This document shows positions 1 to 6,556 of a stretch of 46,650 nt of DNA, in pieces. Source of the DNA: a virus (taxonomy: Duplodnaviria; Caudoviricetes). The translations under genes were made by a program, and so were the position numbers. Every line of letters begins with the position of its first letter. Within the stretch, counting starts at the first letter, position 1. The notes beneath the pieces are model-generated. The model was not told the DNA's origin. It ran no database searches and saw nothing but the letters and a program-made list of their open reading frames with translations. The DNA lies in IMG/VR virus record IMGVR_UViG_3300042814_000019, positions 1 through 46,650 of that record; one strand, given 5' to 3'.

Positions 1-182
1 ACCTGGCGTGGGCGTCCCGGCTGTACGTCGGCCTCGAGGCGGGTCGGGTCGCCGCCGTGACGCGGAGCGCCCTCGCCGCCTACAATGGCGGCCGCGGGGG
101 GAACGCGCCGACGGGTCCGATCCGCAATCGCGAGTACGCCGACGAGGTGCTCGCTCGGTACCGCAAGATCCGCGGCTCGTAA
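1..182 (+). repeat. Imperfect direct repeat of 45251-45432 (3' end of a second SLT endolysin allele); marks circular overlap
   Basis: Base-by-base comparison: 7 mismatches in 182 bp (positions 14, 23, 47, 49, 155, 164, 167), mostly synonymous; same TAA stop. Confidence 0.95.
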
Positions 183-206
183 ACAACCAATCAGCAGGGG
201 GCACAC

Positions 207-2153
207 GTGCCGAGAATGAACCCGTTCGCCGACGTCATCATGGGCGGCGGCGGAATGCCTGGCAGCATCAATCAACGGCCGTACCCGTTCGCGGCGTTCG
301 GCCGCGGCGCGTTCCGCGATCCGGAGACGGTCCTCGTCGCGCTCGCGGCGGCGGGCGGCGCCGTTCACGCCTGGCGACCGCTCGAGGATCCGAACGGCGA
401 GCGGCTCGAGCTAATCGACGGGCGCGGGTTCAACGCGATCGCGGGCGGCGGCGGCCGGTTCGCCGCGCTCATGGTTCCGCGAGCGCCGGCTCCGCCGGTT
501 CTGTTCGGATCCTTGGGCGACAAAACCGGCGCCGGCGCCGCCGACGTCGCGCCCGACGGGACCATCGTTTACAAAACGAGCTACCACGCCGAACGCGGAC
601 TCACCATTGTCGATCCGTCCGGCGGCGTCGTAGAACTCCCCGACGCGCTCCCCGTCGATGTTCAGGCGCTCGACGGCGGCCGCGCCGTGTGGCGAGGCGG
701 CGCTCACGGGCGCGCGCCGCTCCGTCCGCACCTGGCCGACGCAATGAACACGCGAGTCGCGGAGAACGTCCGCGGCGTCGACGTGCTCGCCTACTGGTCA
801 AACGCCGCCGGCGCGCTCGTGGTCGAGTACGACGGGACCGGACTCGGGTACATGTTTTTCACGGAGAACGGGTTCGATCACGATCTCATCGCGCTCGACG
901 GCGCGGTTATCCTGGCGGCGTCGAGGACCGCCGGCGAGGGCCCGGGCGATCTCGTGAAGATCTCGATCTCACCCGCGGGCCTCCGGTACCTCGTACCGGC
1001 GAACGGCGAGGCGCCGCCATGGTTCCCCGCGGCGGCGTACGGTCCGATTGAACTCCCGATCCCGCCGCTCCGGTTCCCGACGTTCGCGTTCTCGCACCCG
1101 GTCAGCGTCTATCCGTTCAGGGCGGAGGGGAGCGGGCGGCCCGACGTGTTCACGATCGGCACGTACAGCGAGAACCCGACGCCGCCCTCGCCGCTCCCGA
1201 AGGGGCGCCTCCTCCTCGCGCACGATTCCCCGGCCGACTGGACGATCCCCGCGGGCGCGCTCCGCTCGTACGACGCCGTCGGATGGGAGCTCTATCGCGT
1301 CGAGGGCGAGACGCTCGAGCAATCGGGCGCCAGGTGGATCCGCCAGGCGCGCGCGAACCTGGCGCAATGGCCGCGCGACTGTTTCGTGATCCCGATGTTC
1401 TACAACCAATTCAACCCGGCGACTGGCGCCTGGCTGTGGACGGATCAGGAGGTGCTCGACGGCCTCGAGTATCTCGATCAAGTCGTGAACCTCGATCCCC
1501 GGATCAAATTTATGGCGCCGTTCTCGTTCGACCGTACGAACGGGATCAAACCGAACCCGAACCTCCGGCGGGCGTTCGATGATTGCGTCGCGGCGGCCGC
1601 GCGCGCCGGCGAGGCGACACTGACGCCGGTTCCGACCGATCCGCCCATCGATCCGCCCATCGATCCGCCGCACCCTCCGCAACCTCGGAAACTCTCGAAA
1701 GGACTGAAAATGGAAATCGACGGCAAGGTCGTACAGCTCCGCGGCGCCGGACTCCGGCTGATCGCGCCCGACGCGCCCGGGACCGGCATATGGGGAGTAC
1801 TCGACGGGAAACCGTCTGAGTGGCGAGGCGTGCTCTACGTCACCGACGGCGCGAGCGCCGCGCGGTACCGGGCGAAGAAGATCCCCGGCGACCGCTACAC
1901 GTTCACGAACGTCGAGGCGGAGTGTCTCGCCGGCGCGGATCTCGGGCAGTACTCCGCGGGCCTCGACAAACAGGGGTACCACAAACCGACGGGGAACACG
2001 GACGCCGGCGATCTCGAGCAATGGCGCGTCTACGAAGGGAACGAGATCGGAACCATCCAGGCGCAGATCGAGCAAACCTCCGACGCGAACCACCCGGCCG
2101 GCGCGGGGAAAAAGATCGTCGGGTTCCCGCTCACTGTGGAGATCGTCTCGTGA
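207..2153 (+). CDS. Multidomain hypothetical protein, allele A (Gly-rich beta-type N-domain, central domain, Pro-rich linker, C-terminal domain)
   Basis: 648-aa ORF, GTG start after AGGGGG; homologous in-frame copy begins at 45449; DPPI linker. Confidence 0.85.
   Translation: MPRMNPFADVIMGGGGMPGSINQRPYPFAAFGRGAFRDPETVLVALAAAGGAVHAWRPLEDPNGERLELIDGRGFNAIAGGGGRFAALMVPRAPAPPVLFGSLGDKTGAGAADVAPDGTIVYKTSYHAERGLTIVDPSGGVVELPDALPVDVQALDGGRAVWRGGAHGRAPLRPHLADAMNTRVAENVRGVDVLAYWSNAAGALVVEYDGTGLGYMFFTENGFDHDLIALDGAVILAASRTAGEGPGDLVKISISPAGLRYLVPANGEAPPWFPAAAYGPIELPIPPLRFPTFAFSHPVSVYPFRAEGSGRPDVFTIGTYSENPTPPSPLPKGRLLLAHDSPADWTIPAGALRSYDAVGWELYRVEGETLEQSGARWIRQARANLAQWPRDCFVIPMFYNQFNPATGAWLWTDQEVLDGLEYLDQVVNLDPRIKFMAPFSFDRTNGIKPNPNLRRAFDDCVAAAARAGEATLTPVPTDPPIDPPIDPPHPPQPRKLSKGLKMEIDGKVVQLRGAGLRLIAPDAPGTGIWGVLDGKPSEWRGVLYVTDGASAARYRAKKIPGDRYTFTNVEAECLAGADLGQYSAGLDKQGYHKPTGNTDAGDLEQWRVYEGNEIGTIQAQIEQTSDANHPAGAGKKIVGFPLTVEIVS
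1075..1357 (+). repeat. Direct repeat of the window end (about 46368-46650); last 127 bp identical
   Basis: 1231-1357 equals 46524-46650 exactly; upstream part has scattered substitutions. Confidence 0.95.
1637..1669 (+). repeat. 12-bp tandem repeat (CGATCCGCCCAT x2.75) encoding the DPPI linker
   Basis: Read directly from sequence. Confidence 0.9.
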
Positions 2154-3532
2154 GGCGCCTCCGCAAGATCAGCGGCGGCGGAGGAGGCGGCGGCGGCGCC
2201 GCGGGTCCGCGCGCCGGAGTCCCGCGGGCGAACGGCGCCGAGATCATCGACGACGTCGGCGCCTGGCGCCCGCTCGGTCTGACGTTCATGTGGTCGCTAC
2301 AGGGCGCCCTCAACGAACCGGATCGGTACCGGCAAAATCTCGAATGGGCGGCGGCTCACGGGTTCGATTTCAAACGGCCGCTTTACGAGGTCGCATGGAA
2401 TCCGCCGCTCACGATCAACCCGGGTCCGGCGAAACCGAACCTCCCGACGTTCCCCGATCACCTGGGCGCCATCGCGCGCGATCTTGATCTCTCGTGGTCG
2501 CTCGGACTCCGGAGCGGGATCACGCTCAGCGGAAAGGGCACCGGCTACGATCTCGAGCGGCTCGCGCGCGACGTCGGCGACGTGATCGCCGCCGGCCGCG
2601 CGGATCGCGTGCTATGCGTCGAGATGCAGAACGAGTACACGAACGGCGGCGATCCCGTCGAGGTGCTCGAGCGGATGGCGCGGGCGATCCGTCCGAAGAT
2701 CCCGAACATGCTCGGCCTCTCGTACTACTCGCCGCCGCCGCGCGAGACGAACGAGGAGCGCGATCGGGATCTCCGCGAGTGGATCGAGAAAACCCGCGGC
2801 GTCGGCGGGATCCTGTTCATCGTTCACACCGAACGCGCCGGCGATGCTGATCACGGATGCCGCGATGCGCGCCAGGATTGGGATCTCAAGAACGGCCGCC
2901 CGCTCATCGGCGTCGATTGGGAGGGCCCGGGCCCTGGCTCGAGCGGCGCCGTTCAGAACCGGCCGATCATCCTGGCGATGAAACGCGCGATCGGGATCAT
3001 GTGCCGCGGGCCGATCTTCGTGCTCCACACGGGAACGGGCGTCTACGGCGACGGTCATCCATCGGGCTCCGGCGCGCCGCGGCCGCCGAACTTTTGGGAG
3101 ATCGAGAACATCGAGGCGATCGTGTCGGCGATCCGCGGCGTCGTCGCGCTCGTTCCGGCGGGCGTCGAGAATTGGCAGCAAGCCAATACGCAATGGCAGG
3201 CGCCGAACCCGGTCGCGCCGTTCCAACCGCATCACCATTGGGAGGGCGACGGCGCCGTCGATGACAGGGGGAACCGGAACGACGGCGTCAACAAAGCGTA
3301 CGCGGCGCTCGCGCCCGACGGCCGCGTCGTTCAGATGCCGCTCGGCGTCCGCGAGTCCGTCCGGCTCACGGCGTCGTACCCGCTCCGCGACGTCACCGTC
3401 TACGATCCGATCACGCTCGCGCCGGTACCGGGTTTCGAGGGCCTGGCGTTCCCGGCGGGCGGCGTGCTCGAGCTCCCGGGCGGCCCGTGGTCGGATCCGA
3501 CCGTTTCGTATATCATCCACGGCGCCCGCTAG
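2150..3532 (+). CDS. Putative glycoside hydrolase, clan GH-A (GH5-like TIM barrel)
   Basis: GTGA overlap with upstream stop, GGAG RBS; RPLGLT strand, 'NLEWAAAHGFDFKR', 'VEMQNEY' (NE acid/base-like) and 'GVDWEG' (nucleophile-like); poly-Gly N-terminal linker. Confidence 0.6.
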   Translation: MRRLRKISGGGGGGGGAAGPRAGVPRANGAEIIDDVGAWRPLGLTFMWSLQGALNEPDRYRQNLEWAAAHGFDFKRPLYEVAWNPPLTINPGPAKPNLPTFPDHLGAIARDLDLSWSLGLRSGITLSGKGTGYDLERLARDVGDVIAAGRADRVLCVEMQNEYTNGGDPVEVLERMARAIRPKIPNMLGLSYYSPPPRETNEERDRDLREWIEKTRGVGGILFIVHTERAGDADHGCRDARQDWDLKNGRPLIGVDWEGPGPGSSGAVQNRPIILAMKRAIGIMCRGPIFVLHTGTGVYGDGHPSGSGAPRPPNFWEIENIEAIVSAIRGVVALVPAGVENWQQANTQWQAPNPVAPFQPHHHWEGDGAVDDRGNRNDGVNKAYAALAPDGRVVQMPLGVRESVRLTASYPLRDVTVYDPITLAPVPGFEGLAFPAGGVLELPGGPWSDPTVSYIIHGAR

Positions 3533-3661
3533 ACCGCGCCAGGGCGCCCAGGACGCGACAGGCGTTCCCGGGCGCCCGTTTCCCGCCGCCGACGCCGGCG
3601 CGCCCGTCCTGGGGCGCCTGGCGCCTGGCGTTCCGCCCTCCGGCCGCGCTCGCGATCCCGC

Positions 3662-3690
3662 CCTCCTGGCGTGTAGAATGCGCCAGGAGG
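3662..3690 (+). promoter_or_regulatory. 10-bp perfect hairpin occluding the AGGAGG RBS of ORF 3700, with -10-like TAGAAT in the loop
   Basis: CCTCCTGGCG (3662-3671) / CGCCAGGAGG (3681-3690); loop TGTAGAATG. Confidence 0.7.
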
Positions 3691-3699
3691 TAGAGACTC

Positions 3700-4173
3700 A
3701 TGAAATTCGACTTTCACAAATTCCTCGCCGTCGTCGCTCAGGTGGGCCCGATCATCCTGGCCGCGACACCTGGCGGCGAGAAGATCCCGACGGATCTGAT
3801 CCCGAAGATCGTCGGCGCCATCGGCGAGGCCCAGGCGATCAAGGGCGCGAGCGGGGCGGAGAAAAAGGCGCACGTGATGAACGTGCTCCGGACGGGCGTC
3901 GAGGTCGCGAACGCAACCGGGAAGGTCAAGCTCGACGCGGATGAGATCCAGTCTGTCGCGAGCACCGGGATCGACAACGTCGTCGCGACCGTGAAGATCG
4001 TCCAGGGCGCGAAGGTCGCCGTCGATCCGGCTGTCGCGCACGCCGCCGGCGTCGGCGTCGAGCACGGCGGGATCGCGGGATCGGTCCCGGGCGTCGATGC
4101 GACGACGAAGGCCAGCGATCTCGGCGACGGACACGCGACACACGGACACGGGTCCGGCGACAACCTCAAGTGA
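3700..4173 (+). CDS. Possible holin (LL-H-like) or holin-associated protein
   Basis: Strong RBS; weakly hydrophobic N-terminus; 'AIGEAQ...SGAEKKAHV' resembles the LL-H holin GxEKK motif; last gene of the lysis block. Confidence 0.4.
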   Translation: MKFDFHKFLAVVAQVGPIILAATPGGEKIPTDLIPKIVGAIGEAQAIKGASGAEKKAHVMNVLRTGVEVANATGKVKLDADEIQSVASTGIDNVVATVKIVQGAKVAVDPAVAHAAGVGVEHGGIAGSVPGVDATTKASDLGDGHATHGHGSGDNLK

Positions 4174-4178
4174 CCGGC

Positions 4179-4212
4179 GGCGCCGGCGGCGCTCCTCGAG
4201 CACGCCGGCGCC
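4179..4212 (+). terminator. GC-rich hairpin after the late operon (no U-tract)
   Basis: GGCGCCGGCG / CGCCGGCGCC inverted repeat just after the stop codon. Confidence 0.45.
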
Positions 4213-4308
4213 CGCTCCCGCCCGCCCTCCGTTCGCGAGGGCTCTAGCGCGCGCGATCTATATAGGCGTTTCAAAAAGCAGCATGAACATTGGGGTTTCC
4301 GCGTCCGC

Positions 4309-4337
4309 TTGACACGCGTTCGCGGATTTGCTAATCT
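4309..4337 (+). promoter_or_regulatory. Sigma70-type early promoter P1 (leaderless)
   Basis: TTGACA-17 bp-TAATCT with TGn extension; ATG 6 nt downstream, no RBS. Confidence 0.85.
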
Positions 4338-4343
4338 CTGTTC

Positions 4344-4586
4344 ATGCACAAGAACACACGCGCCGCCGCCGCCGCCAAAGCCTACAAACCCGCGTTCGTG
4401 GATCACTACCAGTCCGCGACGTACTGCCACGTGATGACACGCGTAGAGGCCGACGGGTCGCTCGTCGCGATCTTCGCCGACGGTCACGAGGCGCCCTCGG
4501 TTTACCCGAACGTCGGCGCGATGCTCCAGGCCGGCGCGAACGACTACCGCGAGCGAATGGTTCCGGTTCAGGAAGGGGGCCGCTAA
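4344..4586 (+). CDS. Early hypothetical protein
   Basis: 80-aa ORF directly after P1; TAATG coupling to next gene. Confidence 0.75.
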   Translation: MHKNTRAAAAAKAYKPAFVDHYQSATYCHVMTRVEADGSLVAIFADGHEAPSVYPNVGAMLQAGANDYRERMVPVQEGGR

Positions 4587-5047
4587 TGTCCGCGTACATC
4601 GTGAACGACGACACGATCGACATGCTCGCGAGCGCCGCGTCGCTCTACAACGTGACGATCAACCTCGACGCCGACGGCGCCCGCGTCCTCAACGGGCGCA
4701 CGGCGACGGCGAAGATCGCGGCAATGCTCCACGCGGAAAACGTGAAGTCGGTCAATCACAAGTACGGCGACACGACGCCGGCGAACGGCTACGAATTCAC
4801 TCGCGTCGTAGCGGAGGCGTTCACCGCCGTCGAGGTGCTCCGCGCCGCGTCCGGCCTCCGGTATCAGTCGTGCGAACATCCGGATTACTGGACGTCCGAC
4901 GCCGCGGAGATCCTGAACGTCATCGAGCGCGCGGCGATCCGGAAACTCCCCGGGTTCGATGACGCGCCGCGGGAGTGGACTCGCGAGCAGGGCGAGAAGA
5001 ACCTGGCCGCGCTCCGCGCCGCCTACGCGAACGGCGGCGGCCGATAG
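4586..5047 (+). CDS. Conserved-looking early phage hypothetical protein
   Basis: Starts MSAYIV; ENxxSV and YQSCE motifs; purine-rich RBS. Confidence 0.8.
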   Translation: MSAYIVNDDTIDMLASAASLYNVTINLDADGARVLNGRTATAKIAAMLHAENVKSVNHKYGDTTPANGYEFTRVVAEAFTAVEVLRAASGLRYQSCEHPDYWTSDAAEILNVIERAAIRKLPGFDDAPREWTREQGEKNLAALRAAYANGGGR

Positions 5048-5502
5048 TGGCCGCCCGCCGGACGATCCGCGCCGCGCAACTGGCGCAGCAACGCCAGGAC
5101 ACGCCCGCGGATGTCCTGGCGCGCCAGATCCGCCAGGTCGCGAGCACGTACGCGATCGAGGATCGGCGCGAGGCGTTCCCGATCCTCGACGAGACAACCG
5201 CCGACGCCGCGATCGCCTATCAGGAGCACGCGCTCGCGTTCCATGTCCGGATGATCCCGCTCCGCCCGAACTGGCGCCGCTCCTATGCCGACGTCGAGCT
5301 CCTCGTACGATCGTACGTCGCGTTCAAACCGTCGGACGGGAAGGCGCTCGAGCTCCTGGCCGCCGTGGTCGAGCGGATTGTCGAGACGGGCGACGACGTG
5401 TGGCACGCGACCGCGCAGATCTCCGGGCGTCCGTGTCCGTGTGCGGGATGCTCGCCGGCCCGCGGATCCGGGTCGCTTGACACGCGTTCGCGAATCCGCT
5501 AA
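5047..5502 (+). CDS. Hypothetical protein with C-terminal CPCAGC
   Basis: GTG overlapping the upstream TAG; phage-typical codon usage. Confidence 0.65.
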   Translation: MAARRTIRAAQLAQQRQDTPADVLARQIRQVASTYAIEDRREAFPILDETTADAAIAYQEHALAFHVRMIPLRPNWRRSYADVELLVRSYVAFKPSDGKALELLAAVVERIVETGDDVWHATAQISGRPCPCAGCSPARGSGSLDTRSRIR

Positions 5503-5505
5503 TAT
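5477..5505 (+). promoter_or_regulatory. Sigma70-type early promoter P2 (leaderless), near-copy of P1
   Basis: TTGACA-17 bp-TAATAT; ATG 7 nt downstream; shares CGCTTGACACGCGTTCGCG with P1. Confidence 0.85.
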
Positions 5506-5512
5506 CTCTCTC

Positions 5513-5776
5513 ATGACGACGCGCGACGAACTCAAGGCGGAATACGACGCGGCCGACGCCGCCGTCGCGATCGCGGCTCGCAATCACCGGAACGCCGCCG
5601 CCCGCCGTCGCAAGGATCCCGCCGCGTTCCTGGCCGCCGACGTCGCGCTCGAGGCCGCCGGCGCCCGCCTGGCGACCGCGGAGGGCGCGCTCGTCGCCGC
5701 CATCGAGCGCGAGGACGCCGCCGCCGCCGCCGCGCTCGAGGCGCCCGATTTCGTAAACCTCGCGTTCAACTTCTAA
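5513..5776 (+). CDS. Ala-rich helical hypothetical protein
   Basis: ATG directly after P2; 87 aa. Confidence 0.7.
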   Translation: MTTRDELKAEYDAADAAVAIAARNHRNAAARRRKDPAAFLAADVALEAAGARLATAEGALVAAIEREDAAAAAALEAPDFVNLAFNF

Positions 5777-5794
5777 AACTGGAAAGGATCCGCA

Positions 5795-5980
5795 ATGAAG
5801 GAAATCGATCCGCTCGACGCGCTCCGTCGGTTCGTCGCGAAACACAAAACGCAGCGCGCCGCCGCCGACGCGCTCGGCGTCTCGCGGCCGTACCTGTCCG
5901 ACATCCTCAACGGGCGCCGCGATTTCTCCGATCCCGTGCTCGAGCGCCTGGGCCTCCGCCGCGTCGTCGTCGCCGCGTAA
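5795..5980 (+). CDS. XRE/Cro-like helix-turn-helix regulator
   Basis: TQRAAADALGVSRPYLSDILNGRR; GAAAGGA RBS. Confidence 0.9.
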   Translation: MKEIDPLDALRRFVAKHKTQRAAADALGVSRPYLSDILNGRRDFSDPVLERLGLRRVVVAA

Positions 5981-5993
5981 ACAGGAGAACATC

Positions 5994-6341
5994 ATGAACA
6001 GCGATCCGATCCTCACCGCCGACGGCGCATTCCTCGCACCTCCGCAGAGCTCGCACGATGAGCGCGCGGCGGGACCGTGGCGCACGAACGCCGACAACCC
6101 GCTCGCGGCTCGACGCGGCCGCGACGTTCGCCAGGCGCTCGCCGGAGAACTCCCGCGGGCGGCGCGTGAGGCCTCTACGATCGAACGGATGAACGCCGCT
6201 CACCCGGGCGCGTCCTGGCATTTCGTGACGCATCCGACCGTCGGCCGGATCCTCGTGAGTGTTCCCGGCGATGATGACGTCGCGCCGGCGCCGCCCTCGC
6301 CGGAGGTGCTCGCGGAGCTCGCGAACGGGCGGCGCGCATGA
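5994..6341 (+). CDS. Hypothetical protein
   Basis: AGGAG RBS; ATGA coupling downstream. Confidence 0.7.
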   Translation: MNSDPILTADGAFLAPPQSSHDERAAGPWRTNADNPLAARRGRDVRQALAGELPRAAREASTIERMNAAHPGASWHFVTHPTVGRILVSVPGDDDVAPAPPSPEVLAELANGRRA

Positions 6342-6556
6342 TCACGGAGTACACGATCCGTCATCGCACGCGCGGCGACGTCGGCGGGTTCACGAGTCAG
6401 ACGGAGGCGACAGTGATCGCGCTCCGGATCGGATGGCCGCTCGAGGATTGGGAGATCGAACCCGTCGAGGGCAATGTCGCCGACGTCGCGCCGTTCGCGG
6501 ATCTCCGTCCGTCGCCGACACGTGATCGCGCGCTCGACAGGTGGGCCCGCTCGTGA
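6338..6556 (+). CDS. Hypothetical protein
   Basis: Coupled at both ends (ATGA, GTGA). Confidence 0.65.
   Translation: MITEYTIRHRTRGDVGGFTSQTEATVIALRIGWPLEDWEIEPVEGNVADVAPFADLRPSPTRDRALDRWARS

Noticed and set aside
1-182. True direct terminal repeat of a T7-like genome
   Set aside because: Copies are imperfect and interrupted by divergent alleles; the gpA terminase and cos candidate point to cohesive ends
8-1051. 347-aa Arg-rich + strand ORF and similar off-frame ORFs
   Set aside because: Out-of-frame overlap of real genes, with low-complexity Arg/Ala/Pro composition
1-1357. Diversity-generating retroelement (TR/VR) explanation for the terminal repeats
   Set aside because: No reverse transcriptase; mismatches are not adenine-specific and are mostly synonymous
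2105-2114. GGGGAAAAAG as a -1 frameshift fusing ORF 207 to the GH-like ORF (that frame is open from 1820)
   Set aside because: Not a canonical in-frame heptamer; the downstream gene has its own GGAG RBS and GTGA coupling
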